A DNA stretch of 64,000 bases from Octopus sinensis (lineage: Eukaryota), in the NCBI RefSeq assembly GCF_006345805.1, contig NC_043000.1, positions 120,280,001 to 120,344,000 on the forward strand. The letters run 5' to 3'. A model generated the notes under the pieces. That model made no database searches, was not told the DNA's origin, and worked only from the letters and a program-made list of their open reading frames with translations. Below are positions 11,913-25,541 of the stretch, piece by piece (positions within the stretch are counted from its first letter, which is position 1; every line of letters begins with the position of its first letter). Both the position numbers and the translations under genes were made by a program.

Positions 11913-12008
11913 TATATTTATATATGTATATTACAGATTTATATATTCACGCATATACACACACACCACACACATATATATATTATATATACATAATATA
12001 TATATATA

Positions 12009-12051
<43 letters not shown>

Positions 12052-12655
12052 CTATACAGATTTATATGTTCACACACACATTATCTAAATATATGTACAT
12101 GTAAATATATCTAAATGTATATATAATGTAGATACACGCACAATATAGATGCATATATATACCATAACACGCAGACTCGCCCTCACACATGTAAATACAT
12201 ACGCAAAGTTAAAAAAAATATGGAGAACAGACGAAGCATAAAAAAATGCCAGCTAAAATATATAACGACGATTGTTGAACGCTAAGAAAATATTTCTCTT
12301 TATGCATATAGCAGAATGGTTGTTTGACAAAGTACTTATTTGCCAGTTGCTTCACCGTACATAAGCACACATCTCCTTCATTGCTATGTGTAAAGACTGT
12401 CCATATATATTCACACAAGAATATATTCATAGCCCATACATACATACATACATACATACATACATACATACATACATACATACACACATACATACATACA
12501 TACATACATACATACATACATACATACATACATACATACATACATACTCCCTCATTTATATAAACATTTTTACTTACAGATACATTAGCCTATGTGTGTG
12601 TAAGTATATATATATATACTTACACACACATATTTATATATACATACATACATAT

Positions 12656-12695
<40 letters not shown>

Positions 12696-12743
12696 CTTAC
12701 CATTCTACATATCTATCTGTCTGTCTGTCTGTCTGTCTATCTA

Positions 12744-12774
<31 letters not shown>

Positions 12775-12900
12775 ATATATTTATCTACCTTTCTATCTAT
12801 CTATCTATCTATCTATCTATCAATCTATCAATCTATCTACCTATCTATTTACATACACGCACACACATATACACACATATAATGTTTGTGTATATTATTT
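11135..12900. repeat. Compound microsatellite field: (CA)n, (TA)n, (TACA)n, (TCTA)n, (TCTG)n
   Basis: Direct reading; ORFs here are YI/TH low-complexity artefacts. Confidence 0.93.
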
Positions 12901-13115
12901 TATTCTTTTACCTGTTTCAGTAGTTTGACTTCGGCCATGCTGGAGCACTGCCTTGTGTCGAGCAAATCGACGTTAGGACTTATTCTTTGTAACCCTAGTG
13001 CCTATTCTATCGGCTCTCCTTTTGCCAAACCGTCAAACTACGGGGGCGTAAACACACCAGCATCGGTTGTCAAGCGATGTTGGGGTGATAAACAAACACA
13101 AACACACACACACAC

Positions 13116-13155
<40 letters not shown>

Positions 13156-13276
13156 ATGCACACACATATACGACGGGTTTCTTTCAGTTTCCGTTTGCCA
13201 AATCCACTCACAAGGCTTTGGTCGGCCCGACGCTATAGTAGAAGACGCTTGACCAAGGTGCCACGCAGTGGGACTA
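12901..13276 (-). mobile_element. SINE family A, 5'-truncated
   Basis: Reverse complement of the family A body and tail with internal (CA)n. Confidence 0.9.
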
Positions 13277-13294
13277 TCTATTATATAAATTCCT

Positions 13295-13445
13295 TTCTGT
13301 CTGTGTGTGTGTGTGTGTCTTCTATGATCTCGGGCATCCTCCATCCAATTGCGCTCAAATTTGATATGTCGATACCGACAGTATTAGGCCGTGTATAAGT
13401 TTTGAAAAAAAGTACAAAATCGATTCCAGGTGAGAATGCTTATCG
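13295..13445 (+). mobile_element. Possible Helentron-associated (DINE-1/HINE-like) non-autonomous element fragment
   Basis: CTGTCTGT(GT)n...GATCTCGGGCATCC..CATCCAATTGCGCTCAAATTTGATATG resembles the microsatellite plus conserved block of HINE/DINE-type elements; resemblance only. Confidence 0.35.
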
Positions 13446-13534
13446 ATAAAGTGAATAAAATCGTTTTTCTTTGGAATAGAAAAAAAGTCTATCTTTATTT
13501 CTTCTTTTGCTGGTGTCTCAAATTCAGGTTAAAT

Positions 13535-13594
13535 CAGTGCTTCTCAAAGGGGAGGCCTATGGGATGGTCGGACAAGTTGTTTTGAGAAACTTTG
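13535..13594. mobile_element. 60-bp hAT (Charlie-like) MITE remnant with 8-bp TSD
   Basis: TIRs CAGTGCTTCTCAAA / TTTGAGAAACTTTG match at 11/14. Flanks GGTTAAAT (13527-13534) and GTTTAAAT (13595-13602) match at 7/8. Confidence 0.6.
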
Positions 13595-14059
13595 GTTTAA
13601 ATGTCTGATAACTCAGCACCCTCCATTGGACGGGGGGCGTTTTGCTCGTATATATATATATATATATATATATAGATATATATATACCAGTGTGTATGAA
13701 CCCATATATGATACTAGCATATACCTTAAAACAATCATACGCGATCCTTCAAACATATATGCTTACAAATGCATAGTTGTATACGCACGCACACACTCGC
13801 ACACACACGCGCATGCATACATACTCATCATTGAGATACACAACTGTGTATCCAAGTTGGTAGAAAAATACACCAAGGTAACTCTATCCATTAAATGTAT
13901 TTTCGCAATTGCGGATTATAATTCTTCGCTCATGTGTACATACACCATGCGTAGATGAAACTCAGTCGCCCATACACGTAGACAGACATTCATACATGAG
14001 GGTGTATATATGCACGTACAAATCCACATGTATGCATTCACACAGACACACGCACATTT

Positions 14060-14400
14060 GCAACGTCGCAGTTTTGGGTTCATTTCCTTTGCTTCGCTGC
14101 TTAGGCGACTTCTGCAATACCTTAGGCCCGACCAATGCGTATTGAGTAAATTAGGTTGGTGAAAACTTGTAGAACCCCTGCTTATATATCTGTGTGTGTG
14201 TGAGTGTTAGAGAAACTATGTGCTTGTGTTTTTCTCTGACCACCCATTGACAACCGGTGTTGGTTTGTTCATGTCACAGTAACTGAACGGTTCGGCATTA
14301 ATGTCTGCTAGAATAATACCAGACTTGGATTGATTTGTTCGCCTACACCCTTCAAGCTAGTGTCCCAACAGCATAGCCGCTGTCGAACCACTGGAATAAA
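14060..14400 (+). mobile_element. Old diverged SINE-A-related copy
   Basis: AGGCCCGACCAATGCG..TGAGTAAATT..GGTGAAAACT and TTGACAACCGGTGTTGGTTTGTT..CGGTTCGGCA align loosely with family A. Confidence 0.5.
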
Positions 14401-14412
14401 TAATAATTAAAA

Positions 14413-14767
14413 GGAGTGGCTGTGTTGTAAGTAGCTTGCTTACCAACCACTTGGTTCTAGGTTCAGTCCCACTGCGTGACACCTAGGGCAAGTGTCTTCT
14501 ACTATAGCCTCGGGCAAACCAAAGCCTTGTGAGTGGATTTGGTAGATGGAAACTGAAAGAAGCATGTGTGTGTATATGTTTGTGTGTCTGTGTTTGTCCC
14601 CCTAACATCGCTTGACAACCGATGCTGGTGCGTGTACGTCCCTGTAACTCAGCGGTTCGGCAAAAGGGGTCGATAAAATAAGTCCTGGGGTTGATTTGCT
14701 CGAATAAAGGCGATGCTCCAGCATGGCCGCAGTCAAATGACTGAAACAACTAAAAGATTAAAAGAGT
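14413..14767 (+). mobile_element. SINE family A, near full length
   Basis: GGAGTGGCTGTGTTGTAAG...GCTCCAGCATGGCCGCAGTCAAATGACTGAAAC...AAAGAGT. Confidence 0.92.
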
Positions 14768-14779
14768 ATATGCGCGTGC

Positions 14780-14825
14780 GTGTTTATACATATATATATT
14801 CATACATAATACATACAATAACAAA

Positions 14826-14893
<68 letters not shown>

Positions 14894-15412
14894 GCATATG
14901 ACATGCATATATGTACCTACTTACATATACATGTATATACACATGCATATATAAAACGTAAACAACATGAAATACGAAAACATGGAATACGAAGTATTTT
15001 TGAGAACATCGAAAGAAACAAATGGAAAACAAGACATACATACACACACACATATATATACAATACTTTACATGTGTTTGTATGTATATATGTATTTTCA
15101 TGGACAGAAAGAGAGTCAGACAGATACAGATATGCCCATTTGAACATAACGTTGGACAGAAAGACACGAACTCGTAAAAATAATATATCATAGTATATAT
15201 ATATACTTCCATTATACATAATGTACATAGACACGCCTAAATTATAACACACGCGCAAACACATGCGCGCATATAGACACACAAACACATACACACAATT
15301 ATATGCACATATATACAAGTTACAAATACAATCTAACGCAAACAATTCATATATACATTTGCACAAGGACACACATTCACACACACAGGCACACACACCA
15401 CACACACACACA

Positions 15413-15462
<50 letters not shown>

Positions 15463-15570
15463 TAATATATATATATATATACATGCAATGAGGCATACGG
15501 CACTGAAAGACATCGATAATTACACATTATTATAGATACAAACTTTATAATATATATTATATATATATAT

Positions 15571-15628
<58 letters not shown>

Positions 15629-15642
15629 TATATATATTATAT

Positions 15643-15677
<35 letters not shown>

Positions 15678-15962
15678 GCTGCTATTCACTAAATGAATAT
15701 ACGTAGAAATATGTACAAACGAAAAATGAAAAAAATGTCGACTAAACATTCACTCGCAAATATATACACATCGAAGCCCTTACCTCACTCAGATACATAT
15801 ACAGATGCCAACATACACAAACGTATATAGCAACAGGTTCAGACAGATATAAATATACTCTTAGACTCACGTTTACATACATACATGGACACTCGGGGAT
15901 GTGTAAAACAAACATAATCTTGTATAGAGAAAGTAATAAAAAAAATCATACATACATATATA

Positions 15963-16056
<94 letters not shown>

Positions 16057-16098
16057 GCTAAAAAAATAATTAATAGGAACAATAATAATAATAACATC

Positions 16099-16136
<38 letters not shown>

Positions 16137-16229
16137 GGAGACGAAGAAGAAGAGGAAGAAAAATAAGTGGAAGAAGAGGAAGGTGAAGAAGAATACCGAT
16201 AACGATAACAGCAGCAAGAAAAGCCAAGA

Positions 16230-16263
<34 letters not shown>

Positions 16264-16477
16264 ACACACACACACACACACGAACACACACACAGACACA
16301 CGCGCGCGCGCACACACACACATACACACAGAAAGAAGAAATCGTTTGCGAGATAAAAAAATTGTTATTTGTTGTTATTTACACAAAATAGCAACAACAA
16401 GAATTATAATGATGATGATAATAATAATAACAGTAATAAAAATAGTAGTAGTAGTAGTAATAATAATAATAGTATTA

Positions 16478-16517
<40 letters not shown>

Positions 16518-16724
16518 TAATAACAATAATAATAATAATAATAATAACCATAATAATAATAATAATAAAATAATAATAGGTAATGATAAAAAAATGTTTA
16601 TACTAAGAAGAATTGTAATAATAATAATGGAAATAAAATAATAATAATCACGATAATAGTGATAACGATGATGATCATGATGATAATAGTGATGATGATG
16701 ATGATGCTGATGATGATGATAATA

Positions 16725-16769
<45 letters not shown>

Positions 16770-16805
16770 TTAATAATAATAATAATGATAGTAATAATAA
16801 TAATG

Positions 16806-16848
<43 letters not shown>

Positions 16849-17323
16849 GGTTGACGTTATAAGCGAGATGATTACAAATAAAATAAAACACAGCAAAACA
16901 TTCGAATGCATAACAAAGGAAAGAATAATTGAATAATAAATAATATATAAACATAAAACAATAAGATTACCCGCCGCGCTTCCACGTAAAGAAATAATTC
17001 ATAAGATGTGCTATAGGGATGGTGTAGAGAAAGACAAGATGGCTATAACAAATTAAGTTGTTGTATATCGACTATATATTTCACTATTGATTAATAGGAA
17101 CATGCTGAGAGTAAGAAAGACAAAATTAACACACACATATGTACTCACACACGCATACACGCGCATGCACACACACACAAGCACACACATACACACGAGC
17201 AGAAAAGACACCCAGACTGAAATACGCACATACACACACATGCACACAAGCTCACAAATACACATCTGTATAATATATGTATGTATGTATGTATGTAGGT
17301 ATGTACATATCACAATAATAATA

Positions 17324-17355
<32 letters not shown>

Positions 17356-17500
17356 GATGATGATGATGATGATAATAATAATAATGATAATAATAATAAT
17401 AATAATAATAATAATGGTAATAATAATAATAATAATAATGATAATAATAATAATAATAAGGATAATATTAATAATGACAATAATAATAATGATGATAATG

Positions 17501-17535
<35 letters not shown>

Positions 17536-17566
17536 TAATAACAATAACAACAACAACAACAACAAC

Positions 17567-17625
<59 letters not shown>

Positions 17626-18011
17626 TAATAATGATAATGATGATAATAGTAATAATGTATGTTTGTATATGTACATGTGTATATCTGTGTGAGGAGAGGG
17701 ATGGGAAGCAGAAGAAGAAGAAACGGAAATGTGGCGAGCAGAGTAGATGAAAAAAGAGGAAGAGAAGAGAAAAGAAGATATCGAAGGGGAGATAAGTAAG
17801 AAAAATAGGAAGAAGGAAGGAAAACAGGAGCCAAAGGAGAGAGAAGAGAAAAATGGCGTCAAACAGTAAAACAGAAGAAAAATGTTGAAGCCAATATATG
17901 TATGTATGAATGTGTATACATACACAGACACATACATACATATATACATACATAGATACATAGATAGACACACACACACATATGTAGGTATATATATATA
18001 TATATATATAT
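14780..18011. repeat. Compound microsatellite field: (TA)n, (CA)n and long (AAT/GAT/AAC)n mosaics
   Basis: Direct reading; poly-I, poly-N and poly-M ORFs are artefacts. Confidence 0.9.
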
Positions 18012-19054
18012 AACGGGAAGCTTTATGAAAATAAACAAAAGACGAAGGCAGGTGGAAAACAAAACGAACAATTGTATTAGTATGGCGCTCAGGAAATATA
18101 AATAAAACAAGTCTTTAACGTTTCGAGCCTACGCTCTTCAACAGAAAGATACACAGAGAGAGAAAAAAACACAGAAAGAAGAGAGAGAAAAAATGCGTGC
18201 AGTAGCTAACGAATCAACATGGCGATCTGATTTCGGCCAGAGGTCAAAGATCAAACATGAGACGCGAGAGCGAAATAAGGAGAGAATAGGGTTGATAAGG
18301 GTTGAGGGACCAGCTAAAAGTGCGTGGGAGGGGTCTGGATGTGTGTATGTATAGGGTTGGTGTATGTATTAGTATGTATAAGGGTGTGTGTGTGTGTGTG
18401 TGTGTGTGTATGAGAGAGTATTAGTGCGTAAGATTGGTCTGGACGTGCGTATGTATGGGGTTGGTGTTGTATTAGTATGTATTAGTATGTATTAGTACGT
18501 ATTGGTATGTATAGGTGTGTGTGTGTGTGTGTGAGAGAGTATAAGTGCGTATGCGGGGTCTGGACGTGTGTATGTATAGGTTGGTGTAAGTATTAGTATG
18601 TACTAGTATGTATTAGTACGTATTAGTATGTATTAGTTGTTGTGTGTATTAGTATGGCACATCATATGTGGATGTGATGTGTAAAGTCATGTGTGTAGTG
18701 AGGAGAAGAGGGGGAGGGAGAAAGAGGGGGAGGAGAAGGGGGAAGAGGAGACGATGGGGGAGAAGGAAGGTGAGGAGGGGGATGAAGGAGGAAAGAGGGA
18801 GAGGGGAGAGAGGGAGTGAGGGAGCAGAGGGAAGGAAAAGAGGGAGGGAGAAAGAGGGAAAGAAGGGAAGGGGAGTAGGGGTGAAAGGATGAGGACTGAA
18901 GAAGTAGGGGTCGGGGTGAGAAAGGATAGGTGAGGAGGGGGGAGAGGGGGTTAGATGAGGAGGGGGGAGAGTTGAGACCAAATGGCGTATAAGAGCGAAG
19001 AGAGAAGATTAATTCCTGTTCACGGCGCAAACGGGAATCCGGATGGCCTCGTAA
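18012..19054 (-). mobile_element. 5'-truncated Penelope-like element: GIY-YIG C-terminus, pyrimidine tract, ~130-bp tandem units, terminal region with hammerhead motif
   Basis: 18968-19054 translates LRGHPDSRLRREQELIFSLRSYTPFGLNS, matching the RE..(W)I..L....P.GLN ending of PLE GIY-YIG endonucleases. Hammerhead at 18112-18149; terminus lies in (TA)n. Confidence 0.8.
18112..18149 (-). ncRNA. Minimal type I hammerhead ribozyme motif with one core substitution (A6 to U)
   Basis: Minus strand reads UCUUU CUGUUGA A GAGC-guag-GCUC GAAA CG UU AAAGA. Stem I is UCUUU/AAAGA, stem II is GAGC/GCUC, and stem III is the palindrome ACGU. Confidence 0.7.
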
Positions 19055-22000
19055 CTCTAAGGTTTCCGTTCAGCTTTTGTAAAGAAATTAGCAAGCATGG
19101 AACTCGATCTGTTCTGAAAACATCCGGAACACATATGGCTTGTTATTATGCAGAATTTCCGGTACAGCATAGTAGAGAAAAAAAAGTTGTAAGGAGCACA
19201 ACTCATGATAAACACGCATATGTATTGTCTGGGTTGATTGAATTTCCTTAGGGATTTAGAAATAAAGATGAAACCCTAAAAATATAAAACGCAAGGGACT
19301 TAGAAATTGCATGTGAGAAAGTTAAAAAGAATATGTGTTTAAGGAAGAGGGGAAACCAAAAAAAATGAGTATGGAAAAGGTTAGTGCTGACAGTTTTAGG
19401 GTGTCACGAAATGATTTGTTATAAACTCTATTGAGAACAAAAGGGTTTGAAGAGAACGTAAAGCCTCCCGGTAAAAGATTAAGTATTCATCTATTCCTCC
19501 AATTGGTGGTGTAATCGTCTAGTTTTTTTTTCGGGAGATATTTGTCTAAGTGGTGGTATTTCGTGAAGAATACTAACCTTTGTAGATATGCACATCCCGC
19601 ATATTTTTGGTGTATTCTTTATAGTCTGCTTCTTTCTGAAAATTTTCACTTTGATGTCAAAAACAGATGCCTGTTCTTTTAAACTCTTAACATAACTGTG
19701 TAGATCTTGCATTTCTCTTTCACTGAGCAACACGGTTGTGTGTTATACGGACATGGATTACGTTTGCCTTTAAGAAGCACGAATTATGGAGTTTTGAGCA
19801 ATTCCGCAATAACAAATTATTGTTGATGGTTATTGGAAGGATCAAAGATTTTCTCTTTATTATAGGCAAAAGGTCTGAATATAGAGGGGACATACAACTG
19901 ACATGCGGGGACATAAAGACGAATGGAAAATGATAATGAAATGAACAAAATAATGATGCAAATGAGACGACCATCTCACCCCCACTGCGAGAGGAGCCGT
20001 GAATACCTTTACAATTAAACTTAACAATTAACTTTACAATTATACTTTACAAATACACTTTACGATTAAACTTAAAACCACCTCTTGTTTCGCTACAATG
20101 CGAAACCGTGACCTTTCCTTTTGTTTCCTGCCTTTACAATGAACGTTCATACGTGTCCTTTTTTTCAACAAAAATGTAACTTTTTTTTTTAGACATTTTA
20201 AATACTTGTTTGTTCATCAATTCATTTTACATTATTTCTTCAGGGTTGTCTGGTTATGTATTTTTGATTGTGTTGTCTAATATATGAGACAATGTTTTTT
20301 TTTGCAGTCATAGCTCACTTCTGTAATGGTACAGTTTAAAAGGGAGTACAATATGTGAGAGAATCACCAACGCATCCCCCGACAGCTAACACCATGCTGT
20401 AGAAGTAAAAATTGATTTTACATACATCTCAGTCATCTAACTTCAATTGGTGACTCTATGAGGTTCAGAACTTCATAGTGTTTTCAAGTAGCTAAAGTGA
20501 GTTGATGAATCGCCTGTCAGTAATCCGTTAACTGGATTGTTTCGCCCAAGACTGACCGTTGGCTGAAGAGGCCCTTCCGCCCGTACTGTGTCGTGTTGTT
20601 TCGCCGAATGAAGATCATTACGACTAACTTCACACCTGTCATGCTGCTTCCTATGGCTTTAATGATGCACAAATACTTTCCAAGACACGCGTTTGACAAA
20701 ATAATGGATTCAGAAAGGCTCAACCCACTTTATAAAAATAACATGACTAAATTTGTTCTGTTATTATTAGGCTTAGCACATCTACATACATGCATAGACA
20801 CTCTCATGAAAAATTCCGAGATATTTTTTGAGAAATTAAAAAGTGATTTATGTTCAAACGAAAGTAAACACGTATTTTCTCTTTTCCCCTTTTCATTTAT
20901 TATATATTCATAAATACTGTGTTCAGCTCTAAAATTGCTGGGATATGAAAAAGTCTATTGTTAAGATTTTTATTTGGATCTCTGGTTACGAGACCCGGAA
21001 AAAGACAAAACTTTCGTACTGGAATCATACAAAAAAATCATTATAGTTTTGAAAACCTCCACTACTCAATGCATATTGTTCTTGAGAGTTACACTCAGTG
21101 GATCAGTACGATATTTATGCCTTCAATGGACTTCACATTTGTACATCGTACTCATTCATTGTGAGGTATCCAGCTTTTAAAAATAATTTAATAATAATAA
21201 TTCAACACAGCTACAACCATTTTGAAAATTAGGGCATATTTTGCTAATTCTATTTTTTGCTCAAAAGCATAAATATTTATTATTAAGTGTCAAAATTTTC
21301 GTTACACAAACTGCGACATGGTCCCAGACGCCATTCCTCTGCAGTGGAATGGCATCAAATCGAAGTTGATGCAAAGAAAAATTTCGTCAGTAAATAATGT
21401 TTGATTGAAGTCGGCCGTTTTTGAGTACTTTTGAACAAAAAATATACGTTTTCCAACTTGTAAATTTGTTTTAGTTTCAACGTAGATCTTCAATCAAATA
21501 ATTTGTCTGGAAAATTCACCTCTGAAATATTTTTGCTTTCTTATTGAAAATAGTCGGCATTCATATTTAAAACATGAACTGTAGTTACCTACTAGTATAC
21601 TAAAAGTATTCCGTATAGAGTGAGTGTTACTACTATTTATCGATGGTTCATTAAAACGGATGATGATAATTAGCAGATACTGTAATAAAATTATATTCTA
21701 AAATAATAAAACAAATCATAAAACAAGTTTAACAAGGAATATAAGCCAGGTGAAAATTGGGAAAATTAATGTGCATAATTTTCACATTTAAGATAAGAAT
21801 ATATAATTAGGTAATTTGAATATTTATAAATTGTCGTTCTAAAATATATACCTTAACATAAGTAACTGACAAATCTAATTTCATCAGCGTACTTCTTACA
21901 GAACTCGAGATATTTCATTTATGCATATTAATTAACTCAGCTTACGAATATTTCTAGTATCGCTGTATTTGAGAATGAAATATTTGCTGAAAACTGTCTT

Positions 22001-22155
22001 TTCAAGTGTCTGCTACACAGACATAATAAATTGCATTTGATTTGTTAATAAAGAGAAAACATTCTTAGATGTGTGAATGTGATATTTGCTGCGTTGTTTG
22101 GTCAATTAGCATACCAAGTTATAAAATAAATGGGTTTAAAGAAAGAGACCCACAA

Positions 22156-22745
22156 GGCGTCGAGCTGGCAGAAACGTTAGCACGCCGGGCGAAATGCGTA
22201 GCCGTATTTCGTCTGCCGTTACGTTCTGAGTTGAAATTCCGCCGAGGTCGACTTTGCCTTTCATCCTTTCGGGGTCGATAAATTAAGTACCAGTTTCGCA
22301 CTGGGATCGATGTAATCGACTTAATCCGTTTGTCTGTCCTTGTTTGTCCCCTCTGTGTTTAGCTCCTTGTGAGTAGTAAAGAAATAGGTATTTCGTCTGC
22401 CGTTACGTTCTGAGTTCACATTCCGCCGATGTCGACTTTGCCTTTTATCCTTTCGGGGTCGATTAAATAAGTACCAGTTACGCACTGATGTCGATATAAT
22501 CGACTTAATCCGTTTGTCTGTCCCTGATTGTCCTCTCTGTATTTAGTCCCTTGTGGGTAGTAAAGAAATAGGTATTTCGTCTGCGCTACGTTCTGAGTTC
22601 AAATTCAGCCGAGGTCGACTTTCATCCTTTCGGGGTCGATAAATTAAGTGCCAGTTACGCATTGGGGTCGATCTAATCGACTTAATGCGTTTGTCTGTCT
22701 TTGCTTGTCCATTCTGTTTAGCCCCTTGTGGGCAATAAAGAAATA
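22156..22745 (+). mobile_element. SINE family B trimer (head plus three core/type-1-tail modules)
   Basis: Modules at about 22156-22386, 22387-22570 and 22571-22745, joined at AAAGAAATA|GGTATTTCGTCTG. Confidence 0.92.
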
Positions 22746-23097
22746 AAAAACATTAAAAAAAACAGAAGTACAGACGTATACACACACATACATGCACGTA
22801 CGCACGCACACGCACACGCACATACATACACATCGCGCGCGCAGGTACAAACACACACACATGTACATACGCATACACACCCACGTGCACACACGTACGC
22901 ACACACATATATGATGAGATTCTGCGTAGAAATGACGTCCATCAACTGAATGGGAGACAAGAAAGTTAAAATTTGGCGCATGCTGTGTAACATTGCGTTA
23001 GAACGTCTTTCCTTTATGGCCTGTTAAATTTCTTCACAAAGAGCCGGTACACCCTGTACACACACATACCGTGCACACACACACAGACAAACACGGA

Positions 23098-23342
23098 GTG
23101 TATGTTTCTTATTTCTTTATTGCCCACAAGGGGCTAAACATAGAGGGGACAAACAAAGACAGACAAACGGATTAAGTCGATTAGATCGACCCCAGTACGC
23201 AACTGGTACTTAATTTATCGACCCCGAAAGGATGAAAGGCAAAGTCAACCTCGGTTGAATTTGAACTCAGAACGTAATGGCAGACGAAATACGGCTACGC
23301 ATTTCGCCCGACGTGCTAACGATCCTGCCAGCTCGCCGCCTT
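23098..23342 (-). mobile_element. SINE family B monomer
   Basis: Reverse complement of head, core and type-1 tail. Confidence 0.92.
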
Positions 23343-23879
23343 ACTGAGTGTATGTTTCTGTAGTTCTATATATGAAATATTAAAGCGCTCAAAGTTCACT
23401 TTTGAAGAAGTGTATAGAATTTTGTATATACACATTCGTTTTCGCATCGCGTCCATTATAGATAACAAAATCTATTTAGATTAACCCACACGCCGCTTCC
23501 GGAAACAAGCGTGAAGCCGCAATATCGATTTACTGCTACAGTTACTGAATACATACATGCAGATAAATACATCCAGACTTACAAACATGGTTGTATTTCT
23601 CTCTGACCACGAAGACACACAGACAGACAGACAGACACACACACACCACACACACACACACACACATGCACACACACACACGTGCACACACACACACATG
23701 CCATAAACCATGATATATAGAAATGGGAAAAAAATTGAGTGAGGAGAAAGGAACGTTGAAAATTACATGTATATGTATATATGTGTGTGTGTGTTTGTGT
23801 GTGTATGTATATATGTATATATATATATATGTAAATATATATATGTATATACAATTATATGTATAAATATATATTTATG

Positions 23880-23916
<37 letters not shown>

Positions 23917-24959
23917 TATATGTATATATTTATATGTATGTATAAATACATATGTATATATATTATATATATATGTACACATATACATATATGTATGTAT
24001 ATGTATATTTACAAATACATATGTATACACATAAATATAAACATGTGTATATATATACCTGATGCGTGTGTATATATACATGTGTGTGTGTGTGTATCCG
24101 TGTGTATGTTGATGTATGTGTTTATGTCTGTATATGTACACACGTATACATATGTGTATATGCGTGTATGTACATATAAAGGCAAGAGATAAAGAAACAA
24201 TATGAGACGAAGGAAATACGTGAGACTGAAAGAAAAAAATATAGATAGAGAAGAAAAAATAAGAAGGAAATATAACGAAATTTAAATAGTGAAAGTGGAC
24301 GGAACCAGAACTACAGTACCACATACATAAACACGTATAGACACATACACACCTTCATATATATATATATATATAGTGATAGAAGGATTGAAAAGGAGAG
24401 AGTGAAATAATAGAGAGTGAGAGGAACTTAATGGAAGATAAAAGAAAAGGAAAATGGAGGATTGTTTATAAGGGATTTTAAACAAAATCTATAATATCCA
24501 GCAGCAAAACAGCAGAGCGATTCTTTTAATCCCTCTCCCATACCCAACGAAAAAAAAAAATAACACCCTCGCCCGCACCACCACCACCACCACCACCACC
24601 ACCACCACTAACGACAAGTTTGCTCTATTACAGTTTGTTACAATGGCATAGCATCCAGTTTCTGCATTGAAATCTATAACCGTAATATGCGCACATAATA
24701 TGCAATGTTGGCGGAAGTTTGACGTTCGTCATTATAGCAAGCAATTTTTGTAGGAAAGGGAATCGGTAGATTTGTTTTATTTTTAAGGAAACAAATCATC
24801 CTTACATTAAACAAGAACACCAATATTTCTTTATATGTGTCTTTCGTCTATTATCATTTACTTGTATCAGTGATTAAACTGTCGCCATGCTGGAGCGCAA
24901 AATCTTTTCATCCAGCGGCGTGCTAACGATTCTGCCAGCTCGTCGCCGTAATAATAATA

Positions 24960-25024
<65 letters not shown>

Positions 25025-25188
25025 GTGATAATAATAATAATAACAACAACAATAATAATAATAATAAAATAATAAAAAAATAATATTAATAATAATAATG
25101 ATAATAATATTAGTGATGATAATAATAATAATAATAATAATAAAATAAAAATAATATCAATAATAATGATGATGATGATGATGATGAT

Positions 25189-25541
25189 TCAATACCAGCA
25201 GATAACAACGTTTCTCTAAAAGAAATAGAGAAACTTTCAAAATACAAAGACCTAGAAATAGAGATAACTCGAATGTGGAATCTAAAAACAGAAACAATTT
25301 CAATCATAGTAGGCGCATTAGGTATGATAAAAAAAATATTCAGACAAATACATAGCAAAAGAAACCAGGACTTACAAATATATGTAACATACAGAAAATT
25401 GCACTACTGGACACATCCTACGCAAAAGACTTTCAATACTGTAACCATCAGAGCATCACAGCAAACCACAGCACATACCCAAGGCACAGAGAGCTGCGCT
25501 CGGTAGTGAAAGGAAAGCGCGATATAAAAATAAAACTACTG
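25189..25541 (+). mobile_element. 3' fragment of an R4/Dong-like non-LTR retrotransposon (REL domain), embedded in (AAT)n
   Basis: Translates SIPADNNVSLKEIEKLSKYKDLEIEITRMWNLKTETISIIVGALGMIKK (then frameshift), the P.D...KE.EK..KY..L...W...P.IVGALG signature of R4/Dong-type elements. (AAT)n on both sides. Confidence 0.85.

Noticed and set aside
20523-20913. ~130-codon plus-strand open frame in higher-GC unique DNA
   Set aside because: No recognisable domain and no convincing splice pair. Antisense frames are also partly open.
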